Assembly: GCF_009914755.1 (NCBI RefSeq)
Contig: NC_060932.1
Direction: 5' to 3' (one strand)
Length of the DNA stretch: 64,000 nucleotides
Source: the human T2T-CHM13v2.0 reference genome, Homo sapiens
Part shown: piece by piece, positions 47,030 to 61,089 of the stretch
Position numbering within the stretch: the stretch's first letter is position 1
Layout of the letters: the number at the start of each line of letters is the position of its first letter
Notes under the pieces: generated by a model
What the model was told of the DNA's origin: nothing
What the model saw: only the letters and a program-made list of their open reading frames with translations
The model's database searches: none
Translations under genes and position numbers: made by a program

Positions 47030-47250
47030 TAATAGTTAATATTTATTGAGCACTTACTGTGTGCTTGGTTCAGCTCAAGGCTCATAAATATATTATATAT
47101 GTAGGTAACATTGTATAATTTTGCTCATTTTCAAGTTAAGGAAACTGAGGTACAGAGATATTAAGTTACTTGCTTAAGGTTAAATAGCTGGTAACTAGTA
47201 GAGGCAACATGTGAACCCAAGTCAGAATAGAAAATCTATTACTCTGAATG
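47030..47250 (-). mobile_element. MIR SINE
   Basis: 'atttattgagcacttactgtgtgc...aggaaactgaggtacagagatattaagttacttgcttaagg'. Confidence 0.75.
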
Positions 47251-47876
47251 TAGATTTAAAATGTGCTAGAAAGCTAATATGGAAAACACAATGACAAATA
47301 AATGGCAATTAGATGGTAATCTATTTCCCCTCTCAGTTTTTCAGTGCTGCTCTACCAGATTTCACGATTAATGTCAAACTATAAACTTTAGGGATAGGCA
47401 AAACTGGTGGCAGTTAGAATTCTGCAAATAGCCAGACTATTTTTTTTAATGTTTTGGGTTTGGCAAACCTTCCTAATACATTTTGCCAAGCCATTTTTGC
47501 CTTAATTTTTAAATCCAAGTGTATTTCAACGGAAATATAATATGTATGCTCTGATTCATTTACACTTAAGTCATCAAAACTTCATTTGGTTAAGAGTTAC
47601 CTTATGGCCAAAGCCCTTTTCTCTTCTGAGGAAGACATGTTTCCCTGACATCCAAGAAGCAACCAACAGACCAGGCTCAATATCTCTTCTAACATTTAGT
47701 AAAGAAAGCTAAAGTGAATTCTAAAACTGGAAAGCAAATAAACTATTGGGTTAATTTGCAGTGGCCACATCACTGGGAAAACCGCAAATGGACCATGGCC
47801 TTGTTTGAACCTGTCACTTATGGTATGTTCTACTGATGGTTAAGTAAGAAAAGAAACAGTGTTAAAAGGAAGTATA

Positions 47877-48214
<338 letters not shown>

Positions 48215-49092
48215 TCATATCTACCTGAAATGTAGTCAGTTGTAAGGTAATTTAACTGTCCAAATTCAAACTCTTCCCCAAAACAATCAAATTAATTAAT
48301 ACTTACGTAAATGTTTTGAAAAATTGCCTTAAAATGTACAGAGAAAAAATGTACTATTTACACACTTAGAGACTCAAAAACAATGTCAGATTCTAAAATT
48401 CAAAGTACTTTGGTTTATCCAAACAGTTGTCTAATAATGACAATGGACATATTTGTCCTATTTTGTCTCAAACAAATACACATTTATCTATTTTAATCCT
48501 ATTAGGATATTAATCTTAAAAAAATCAATTGAGGTGAGCTCACTCCTGTTTACAAGACATCATTATAATTGGAGTAAAGAAAACTTAAGCATTAAATGAC
48601 AAGACATTTTCATTTTCATTTGAAAATTCAGACATGGGGAAGCATTTATTTTTTAGAATGTAATTGTACGAAAGGAACACATGTCATTTATTACATACAT
48701 CTGTCAGTAAAGGTAAAAAATGTATGTCTGAGATTAATGACATACAGTTTCCTAACCTAAGTTTCTGAGAGTTAGAGATGGCCTCAGAAGAAGATTTCAG
48801 CCCCTCGCTCTGCTGTCTCACGGCTCCTCGGGGGTTTCAGTGGAAAGTAAATGTCCACATCTCCTCTCAATTCTGCAAACTTTCCTAGAGTGGCTTCATC
48901 ATCCAACATCACCACACCTGGGGTTGACCTGAATTGGGGCAGAATCTAGCATTCCCTTTCCAAGGAGCCCAATGCCTACCAATTCTCAGCCGCTCTTCTC
49001 ATTTTTCCTGTCCTCCAGAGCAGGGTTACTGTAAGTCCAGGGGTGAGGACAGCTAACTTTAACTATCATGAATTTTTAAAAAAATTATTTTT

Positions 49093-49408
<316 letters not shown>

Positions 49409-49812
49409 TCAGTTAGAAATTTGAGAAGCAAGAATTCAGTTCTGTTATCTGTGCTCTGCTGTCATCCCTTCACTGAGGCTGTGAAAGTGTAGCTGCTGCA
49501 ATGAGGAGAAGCTGAGGTGTAGATGGAACGCTAAAAGGAGAAGCGTGACTTCTAAACTTTATCCCATCGCTTTGATTATTGTTGCTATTGTTTTGTCTCC
49601 CATCAAATGTAAGGTCTATGAAAACAGGGGCTTTACTTGCTTCCATTGTGTCTGAAACTGTCTGACATAAAAAGGACTCGATATATTTAAAAAAAGATTA
49701 ATAAGTAAGTAAATAAATAAATACAGAGTTGGTCAAGACCTAATCATGCGCACTGATTTTTCAGCTTTCTATTTTCTTTAGGTCAAAAATAAGCTACTAA
49801 TTAAATAATTCA

Positions 49813-50173
49813 TGCCTTAGCTTATCCAGGCTGCTATAACAAAATACCATAAACTAGGTGATTTAAATAAATAAATCTATTTCTCACAGTTCTAGAGGCT
49901 AGCAAGGCAAAGATTGAGGTACCAGCAGATTCAGTGTCTGGTGAGCACCTACTTCCAAGGTTCATAGATGACACCTTCGCGCTGTGTCCTTACATGGTGG
50001 AAGGGGCAAGGCGTCTCTCTCAGGCTTCTTTTATAAGGGCACTGACCCCATTCACAAAGACTCTACTCCCATGACGTAATTATTCAAAGGCCCTACCTTC
50101 TAATACCATCACTTTGGGATTTCGGATTTTAACATATGAATTTTGCGGGAACACAAACATTCAAACTATCGCA
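49813..50173 (-). mobile_element. MaLR solo LTR (MLT1A0-like)
   Basis: 'ggctgctataacaaaataccataaactagg...gcagattcagtgtctggtgag...acatatgaattttgcgggaacacaaacattca'. Confidence 0.85.
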
Positions 50174-50235
50174 AGTTGTATATTACTTTTTACATCTTTG
50201 GGGGTTGCCTCCTTTACTTCCCCCTCTACATGAAT

Positions 50236-51090
<855 letters not shown>

Positions 51091-52189
51091 CTCCTTTACT
51101 GTATAATAGATACTTATTATTTAAATGCCTTTTAATTCACTTTTAAAATAGTAATTAGAACATGTTAATTTTCATGTTTTACTCTTTTTTTCTTTGTGAA
51201 TTACATAATTATGAGTGTGTGTCATAGTGTGTCTCACAACAGGAGTGATGCACTCACAGCCCCCAGGCCCCCCCCATCTTCCCTGTCCTCTTTCCTCTTT
51301 CCCTGCACCTCAGCTGGAAAATTAACAAGCATTTTAAACTTATTGCTAACAATTAGGGAGAAGCACTAGAAAAGTATAAGTGGAACTGTTTCATAGTTGA
51401 TCACTTGTCTATTTAATAGCTGTTTGGTTTAATTTATAGTTGCAGAATATATTATAATTATTAAACTATTAACATTTCATTGAGCCTGACAAAGCGATTG
51501 TGCTTATTCAACATTCATTCAATAGCTACTTATTGATTTCCTACAACATGTCACACATTATATATTTGTTCGTTCTTTAAGGAGATTAAATGTTAGATTT
51601 TTGTAGAACTCTTTGTTATGCCCCCTGCAAAGCAAAACTACTGATTATCATAAATAGGGATACAGGCTATTTTACTAGCTCAAAATGTAGTTTTTTATAT
51701 GTGCCTATAAGCATAGATAACATTCTAGTCTTTAATTAGCATGGGAACATTTCTGTTGTGGGTTACATTCACTTTTCATACGGAATACAATGTAGCCTTT
51801 TTCAGTGGCATTAAATCACATGCTGTGGAAAACCGAGGATTTTCTTTGGGAAACTTCCTCCACTCTTGCTCTGTTGTTTTTCTTCCTCTGGTCACTCCTC
51901 TGTGGCTTGTGTTGGCCTCTCTTCCTCTGCCTGCTTTTTAAATATTGTGTTGCCCATATTTCCTGTCTTAGTACCTCTATTCTCTCTCAAGATGATCTTA
52001 CCCATTCCTCCAAATGTTGCTACACATTAAAGAATCACTAAGTTTTGTTTTTAACCTGTAGTTTCTCCCTCTTTCTCATCCTCTATACTGCAATTACAAC
52101 TGCTTCTGAAAACTTATCTCTGGAGTTCCTGCAAATAACACATATTTAATTGGTCTAAAGCTTAACTCATTACCTTCCTCTAAAGGTCT

Positions 52190-52268
52190 CCCCTCCCCAC
52201 TTTCCCTCCCCTCCCCTCCCCTCTCCTCCCCTCCTGTCCCCTTCCCTCGCCTTCCCTTCCCTTCCCTT
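52190..52268. repeat. Polypyrimidine (CCCCT/CCTTC) low-complexity tract
   Basis: Direct inspection. Confidence 0.85.
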
Positions 52269-52309
52269 ATTTCTTTTTCCATGCACATGTTAAAAAAAAT
52301 GCAGTCAGT

Positions 52310-54200
52310 ACAAAGTAATTCCTCAGAGGCAACCACTCTTGCCAGTTACTTACGTATTATTCCATAGACATTCGATGCAAATAAAAAACATGTATGCACG
52401 TGTGTTGTCCATTTTGGGCACAAATGATAACATACTGTGTACACTGTTCTGCATCTTGCTTTTTCTCATGTAATATATTCTGGAAATTAGTTCATAATCA
52501 ATAAACACGGACTTGACTTATTGCTTTTAATGACTATAAAATATTCATTAATATGGATGTATATACTTTAACTTATTGATGGGCATTTCAGTTGTTTCCC
52601 ATTTTTGTTACTAAAAAATTTCTGAAATAAATGTTGAAAAGTACAATGCATATTTATTTACAGGTTCGATTTATAGAAGTAACATTATTAAGTCAAAGGT
52701 ATGTACATTTAAAATTTTAATGGGAAAAAGCATAAAAAAGCCCATGTGGGATCCTCCAGGATGATGAGGAGGTAACATGCCACACCACTCCAACTAAAAG
52801 AAAAAAAGAAAAAAATGAATAACTATTACTTAATTTATCTCCAACCTACCTCCATACCCTGGACAAAATATTATTTTTATAGTTTTCTTTTTATGGTGCA
52901 TTCGATTAGAGAAAAATAATATCCCATTATAGATTTAGCTTATATTTGTCATCTTGTGGGTAGTTTTTAACATTTATTTAAAATAACTTTAAATGTTTAC
53001 CCTTTTTCCTATTTGGTTGTTAGTTGTTGCTTTCACATTTTCGTAACCTTTTTGATCATTAAATATATTAACTCTTAGAAACTTTTATTTAAGCGTATCT
53101 TTTTCACAGTATTTCATCTATATTTTGCAATTATTTTTGGCTTTTGTTCATAGAGTGTTAAATTTTTATGCAATAAAATTTATTTGTCTGTATTTTAATA
53201 GCTTTGGTATCAGTTTTCCTATTTTTCAATATTCTAACATGGTGTAAATAATATGAGGATTACCTATTTTGAAGACTTTGGTAGGAATTATATATCTTGC
53301 TCTTAGGGTCTGTTATTTTTAGAGGAAGTGGGTATTTAAATACTTTGTGTATTTTTGTTGGTATCTTTACATTTTCTAGCTCTTTCTACATAGTTTTGGC
53401 AAAAAACTTTCACTTTAATTCAGACTTCCAAATATAATTGCATACTTTTTTGAACCAAACAATATCTTACATTTCTTTTCATTCCCAAGCATTTGTGATT
53501 CCTCACTGATTATCATTTGTATTCTGTGAATTTGTGATGTCTGTATTTGTTTAGATTAACTATATTTTTAATTTTTTGACATTTTCAAAAGATCTGCTCT
53601 TGGAATACTATATATTTAATGCTATTAAAATTCATTAATTCTTTTTTCTTTTTTTTGAGATGGGTCTCATCCTGTCACCCAGGCTGGAGTGAGGTGTGGG
53701 ATCATGTATCAGTGCAGCCTTGACCTCCTGGGCTCAAGCATTCTTCCCACCTCAACCTCTTGAGTAGCTGAAATTACAGGAACATGCCACCACAGCAGGC
53801 CAATTTTTCTATATATATATCAATTTTTTTTTTTGTAGAGATGGGATTTTACCATGTTGCCCTGGCTGGTCTTGAACTCTTCTATGCTTTTGGATGATTT
53901 TGTTACTTTTATCAATCTTTATTGGAAATTTTATTTATCTTTTATACTTCTTTTATTAATGTAAATGAGTAAAGCTATTTATTTCCTCTGATTTTGCTGT
54001 ATCTATTAGATTTTAACACATAGGGTTTCCATTGTCAAATTCCATATATTTCTTCACTTTATTCCCACATTGACATGGTATTTAAGAAAGTATTTTATTT
54101 AAAATTTCCAGGTGACAGGTTATGTATTGTCTATTTTAACTCATTTTGGTATTGATTCCTACTTATATTTTCTTATGGTCAGAAGAATATTTACACCATT
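52310..54200 (-). mobile_element. Ancient L1M (L1ME-like) fragments
   Basis: 'gaggcaaccactcttgccag...acactgttctgcatcttgc...ttgatgggcatttcagttgtttcc'. Confidence 0.55.
53642..53879 (-). mobile_element. AluJ-like partial element
   Basis: 'gcagccttgacctcctgggctcaagc' J-type right arm; left arm truncated. Confidence 0.8.
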
Positions 54201-54232
54201 TCTACTCTTTAAAAAAAAATGACCGTGTTCTA

Positions 54233-54521
54233 GGCTGGGTGTGGTGGCTCAAGCCTGTAATCTCAGCACTTCGGGAGGCCAAGGAGGGTCAATCACCTGA
54301 GGTCAGGAGTTCGAGACCAGCCTGACCAACATGGTGAAATTCTGTCTCTACAAAAAATACAAAAAAATTAGCCAGGTGTGGTGGCGCATGCCTGTAATCC
54401 CAACTACTCAGGAGGCTAAGGAAGGACGATCGCTTGAACCTGGGAGGCAGAGGTTGTAGTGAGCCGAGATTGTGTCACTGAACTCCAGCCTGGGTGACAG
54501 AACAAGACTCCATCTCCAAAA

Positions 54522-54568
<47 letters not shown>

Positions 54569-54570
54569 AA
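54233..54570 (+). mobile_element. AluS with (AAAT)n tail
   Basis: Dimeric Alu; TSD-like gacc(g/a)tgttct. Confidence 0.92.
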
Positions 54571-54919
54571 GACCATGTTCTTTATGACCAATTTTCAACA
54601 GTCTCTTTATTCAGTCAACTCTCAATTTTGCCCACAACCCCTTTTCCTTTCCTACACCATGGGATGTGTGGGAGAATTATCATGTGTCTTGAAATAATGA
54701 CAGTAGGGTGTCTGATAGGTGTGTCACCATTTGTTCTTTCTGACCTTCAACAAGGTAAAGATTTGTCCTCTAAGTATTCACCATTAGCTTTGGTCTATTA
54801 GCTTTAGTGCATTTTGCTGGAATTTATAGTCTTCTCATGGCCTCTACTTGCTTCACTCACATATACTTTCATCTTTCTCATAACCACTAAAGGATCTAAT
54901 TGAAAGTGACTTGTATTTT

Positions 54920-55180
54920 AAATACCACATGTTTTCAATTATAAGTGGGAGCTAAATGATGTGAACACATGGACACATAAAGGGGAACAGCAGACACTGG
55001 GGCCAATTGGAGGGTGGAGGATGGGAGGAGGGAGAGGATCAGGAAAAAAGTAACTAATGGGTGCTAGGCTTAATACCTAGGTGACGAAATAATCTGTGCA
55101 ACAAACCCCCATGAAGCAAGTTTACCTAAATAACAAACCTGCACATTTACTCCCAAACTTAAAATAAAAATTAAAAAAAG
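54920..55180 (+). mobile_element. 5'-truncated L1PA13-16-type 3' end
   Basis: 'ataagtgggagctaaatgatg...gggaggagggagaggatcaggaaaaa...aataacaaacctgcaca'; TSD-like gaaagtga on both sides. Confidence 0.8.
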
Positions 55181-56154
55181 AAAGTGATTGGTTTATTGAA
55201 ATGGGTTTCCTCAACATATATACTGAGAGAGATGGTGAGGAGATATATACAACAAATAGAAATATAAATGCATAGGATGGATGGATAAGTATATGAAAAT
55301 AAGTATGGATCCATGTTAGCAATTAATGTCAACGCACTGCTATTCAACATGGCCCTGGAGTCCCAGAGTAGCTACGTCTGTGGGAGGAGTCTAGAGTATG
55401 GGCCTACAGACTTCAGCTTAGATCAGCAAGTTGCAGGTAAAACACTGGATAATTCTAAAACACTTTCAGCAAGGTGCAGAAACAGTTTTAAGGACCAGTT
55501 GTGAGTAAACTTTCCTTGATTAAAGGAGGATGAATAACATCTGGGTCTAAGACGTAAGGATTGTTAAGGATTGTTGCAGGACTATGGACATTGGCAGCAG
55601 ATTGGGATTGAGGCCACTGTGCAAGATAGGAAGGTACAAGCTGAGACCAGCAGGGACGGATGACTACCAGAGAATGAACACAGCTCTCTCAATGCCAGAA
55701 CAATTCACAAGCCACCCTGCCTACCTCTGCTTCCTCACTAACTATCCTTTTAACCAGGATCTTACCTCACTCCCTTGTCCTGGAAATAGGGGAAAGAGAA
55801 CAGGGAGCTGGAAAGAAATCCATGAGGAGTTATATGTTATATGCAGTTATCCAAAGGACATTGGATATATATCCATTGTTATATATTTGCAGTTATGCAA
55901 AGGACACTGAGCTCTAATGGGATCTGACTGAATTACATTACAGTAGCAAGGATACATTTTCTTTTAAAACTGGAATTGACGTCTTATGAACAAAGTGACT
56001 TTTCAGGTATTGAGAAATAAAGAGAACTGCTTTTCACACATCTGACTTTCTGACTGTTTAAAGTACATGCCATGTCACCCCTCTGGATGTGTGACCCACT
56101 TTGGAAAAATGTATGTTCTGTTGATTATTTCAAAAATCTGCAGCAATGGAATTA

Positions 56155-56868
<714 letters not shown>

Positions 56869-58455
56869 TATCTCCTCCACTTTTTTCTAGTCTCAATTTT
56901 ATGGGTCACCAATCTCTCAGTCTCTCTTGTTAGAAAGCTTGGAATTACCCTAGAATATGCCCTCATTCTTCACATCCAATCTTTCATGAAGTTTTATCTC
57001 ACAAATATTTTCCAAATTTAACCTTTATCCAAGGTCTCTGTGACCCTCATCCAATCTCAAAACTATGCAACTGCTACTCACTATTCTGCCTTCCAAAACT
57101 TTTCCTCTTCTCCCATTTGGTACTAGGTATCGCTCCAAAAAAATAAATTTAATTTTCTTTCTCCTCTGTTTGCAACCCAAGATTGCTTTTTCCTGACCAC
57201 AGCGTAAAGTTCCAACAACTCACCAAGATGTTGAAGGCCTGTCACCACCTGCCTGATGGCTGGTCTCCTCCATCAACACCCAAGGATCCCACACAGAAAA
57301 CTTCTCATCATTCTTCATCTGCAAAACATATTAATATTTTCTGACAACAGGGCTGTATGGCTGCTGAGTTCTACAAGGCTGATCATCTGCACTGTCTGTT
57401 CCATTTATTTAATAGTTAGCCACTGTGATCTGAAGTTTTGTAGATTTACTAAAACAAATTTTTATTTTTATCAGAGTAATATAGACATTTCATTAAAAAG
57501 ACAAGCATTATTAAAAGGCTTCTATTAAAACAGACTAAGAATAACAGAAACAGCATCCTTTCAGTCCTGCTCCACAGAGGGAACCACTTTTAACAATCCT
57601 CTCCGTTCATTGTTATTTATCGTCATTCTTATAATGCTAGATAGTGACTGATGAAACCACTGCCTTTGCCTGCATCATTGCAAAATAATAATCACAATAT
57701 TTTGTATTCAATGACAATCCAACACTTTATTATTATAATATGAATGTTCAAATGAATGCTGAAAAATACATTATCACATTTTACTTTTTGTGAAATTACT
57801 TCTGTTTTCTTTTGCTTTGTTTTTGATGTACTTAAAATTAATTTTTGGAAGTATTCCAAGATATTTGTCAATGTCCAGGAACACTTTTTCAAATAATTGC
57901 ATCCATTTGATAATCTATTACTTCCTTTTTTCTCCTCATCTCCTCCTTCTCCTTCTCCTTCTCCTTCTTTTTGATTCCCTCCTCACTCATATCTCTATAC
58001 ATCTGCACCACTTTGGGTTGCTGATTCCACATTAAGTGGCTCATAGCTCAGTCCTAGAAATTCCCTTAACTGTTCTCTAGCAAATCCCTGTAACCTCCGT
58101 TCCATTCCATGGCTTCTTCCTTCTCGTATTACCACACATTTTGTTGAAATGCTTACCCAAATGTTTCCTACCAGTATGAAAAAGAAATAACACTTTTTTG
58201 AGTTCCTGTGTATTTTAAAAAACATCTTCATTCTACTGTTATGTTTGATCAACAGTTGTCTGAGTATAGAATTTTGGGTTGGAAAACATCTTCCTCAGAT
58301 TTTTGATGGTATCATTTGTATTTTTTTTTTTAGCATTTGTCATAGCTGTTGAGAAGTTTTTTCTGGAGGGATTAGGACCTGATATTTATCCTCAATGTTT
58401 TGGAATTTCCTTATAACATACTTCAATATTGATCTTTTTTGTTGGACTTTTTTTG

Positions 58456-59584
58456 GTCCTTTTAATATGAAGACTCACTTTATTCAGTCCTAAGATATTT
58501 CCCAAGAGTATTTCTTTAGCATTTTTTATCCATCTATTTTTATGTTATTGTTGATCTCTCATTCTTGAACTCCCATTTGTTGTTTTTGGCCTTCTGTATT
58601 AATCTTCCAGTCTTCCCGAATGTATATTTCTCTATTATTTTCCTATTACTTTTATTTTTTCTTATTTCTGAGATAGTTTAAACTTTATCTTCTGAGTTTT
58701 GTGGATTTGTATTTATATTTATTATATATTATATTATATATTTCATAAATGTATACTTTTTTGCTCTTAGAAATATATATATATATTTTTTTTAATGGGT
58801 GGTCTCCCTATGTTGCCTAGGCTGGCACTGAACTCCTGGACTCAAATGGTCCTCCTGCCCCAGCCTCCCGAGTAGCTGGGACTATGGGCCACACCACTGC
58901 ACTATACAGAAATATATTTATATGCACACAAATACTTTTTTCCTTATATACTTTTTCTTTTTATTGCATCCTGTTCTTGTTATATGGAGACATCCTCTCT
59001 TATATTTCTGAGAATATTAATTATATTCTTTATAGTTTTATTCTACTCTCTATTTTTTAATCTTGGTTCCCATTTCTCTGTTTTTGTTTTGTTTTGTTTA
59101 GCTGTTTTTTAAATCTGCTTCTCCCTCTTTCATGTTAGAGGCTTTCTTCAAATGTTGATTAATTGTTGGTACTTGTTCAAATTTAAAGAGAAGGCACTAC
59201 AATGATGATGGGGAACTCTGTATTGGGGTGGTGAGTTAGTAAGCTAAGTTTTTCATGGAGACCCGATGTTACACAGCTACTACGTGACTCAAACTCATGA
59301 TATATGTTAGTCTCCCAAACCAGTGTTCTCTTTTCACTTTACCTTGTTTCATCTTCTAAATATTTCAATGAACATTTCCCTAATCAATCATAATCTCAAC
59401 TTTTTGGTGATGGGGGTGGTAATCAGTTCCAACGTCCTTTTAATATGAAGACTCACGTTATTCAGTCCTAGGATATTTCCCAGGAGTATTTCTTTAGCAT
59501 TTTTTAATCCATCTATTTTTATGTTGTTGTTGATCTCTCATTCTTGAACTCCCATTTGTTGTTGTTGGCCTTCTGTATTAATCT
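58456..59584 (+). repeat. Dispersed direct duplication of ~150 bp (58456-58605 and 59434-59584)
   Basis: 'gtccttttaatatgaagactcac...ggccttctgtattaatct' occurs twice with about 6 differences. Confidence 0.92.
58785..58897 (-). mobile_element. FLAM-like Alu monomer
   Basis: 'gtctccctatgttgcctaggctgg...gcctcccgagtagctgggacta'; flanked by agaaatatat repeats. Confidence 0.75.
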
Positions 59585-61089
59585 GGTAATTAATTGGTAA
59601 AGAACCCAAATTTTGGGATCTTCCTCGTCCTCAAAACTCCTGTGTCACTTTTGGTCAACTTTTCTGAGAATATCTTCCACAGCCACTCAGTCTGTACCCT
59701 ACACAGCTGCAAGTCTTACTATTCACACAGAAGACTATGTGAAATAAGATGCGTAACCAGGATTTTGCAAGGTACAATGTCCTCAACTGTACATGTACCT
59801 CTGTTTACATCTCTTTTTCAATGTGATCTTTTGTTTTACATATCTGTGATCTCAGTTTAACCCTTTTTTCTCTTATAAATTCAGCTAATCAGCCATGTCT
59901 TATGAATTATGGTATTACCCAGCATACATCGACCGGTAACTAGATTCACATTGACACTCAACATGGAAGTTTAGATGTTAGTAAAATAGAAACTAGCATT
60001 CAAAAACAAATCTCCAAAAAGTTATTGGTGAAACACCTGAAAAAGATTACTTTATGAAAGGCATAGAGCTTTTGTTTTTGTAGTTTTTTAGGTACCAGGT
60101 ATTCTTCTTTCACACTGAAAATAGTAAAAATATTGACAAGGTTAATGATGATAATGATGATGGTGGTGGTGATTGCTAAGATTTTTAAGAGTTATTATGT
60201 GGTAGACATAATGCTAACATTTTCTGCCTTACTTTGCTATCTTTCACAGAACCCATAAAGTAGATAATTTTACAAGTAAAGAAAATGAAGCTTAGAAGTT
60301 TAATAACTTGTGTTGAGCCCCAGATTCAAACTCAGTTTAATGTGATTACAAAAGAATTGGTTTCATCTGTATGTCCCGCCATTCTGATGAGTTCATCATT
60401 CTCATGACTAGGACCACTCAAAGAGAAAAAGCAAATGCTTGTGGTGTTGACCCCTCTGGATAGGCTTTTGTGGAAATCTTAAAATTTGAGTCTTAAAAAA
60501 TCTGCTTAGGGTAGGTTTGTAGATTTACTGAAAGTTTATCTAACATGTATTTGATAAATTAAGAAAAAAGAGAAACTTTTATTCCTGTGTTTTTTAGTGA
60601 TGCCATTTGACCTCAAATACATTTGATCTAGAATATCAAAATGACCAATCTAGCCAATTCAGAAAAATTCAATGCCACTTATACTGTCTTGACTTTTATT
60701 TTATAGTTCAGTGTAGACAAAATAATCTATTTCCTATTTCCATCAGAATACCCTTTTAATCTGTTAAAAATGAAAATGTGCATAGAGAAATGCACACTAA
60801 ACAAATATAAATTTAAAAATTGTTCTTCCGAATAAAGACTTTGATCATAAGAATTAATTTAAAGTCTAGTCAAAAATGCCATCTTTATAGAAAAGTTTAC
60901 AATATTTGCATAAAGTAAAACAACTAACCTGAATATGGTGACTTAATCATTTTTGTAGTTCATCAACTTACCTTATAAGATTGCTTGCCTCTGGAAAGAC
61001 AGTTGGCAGTTCTTTTTCAAAGTGCTATGTTTTTTGACCTATGAATAAGGAGGACAAATGACATCCCCTTCCTCCAAAAAGAAAATATT

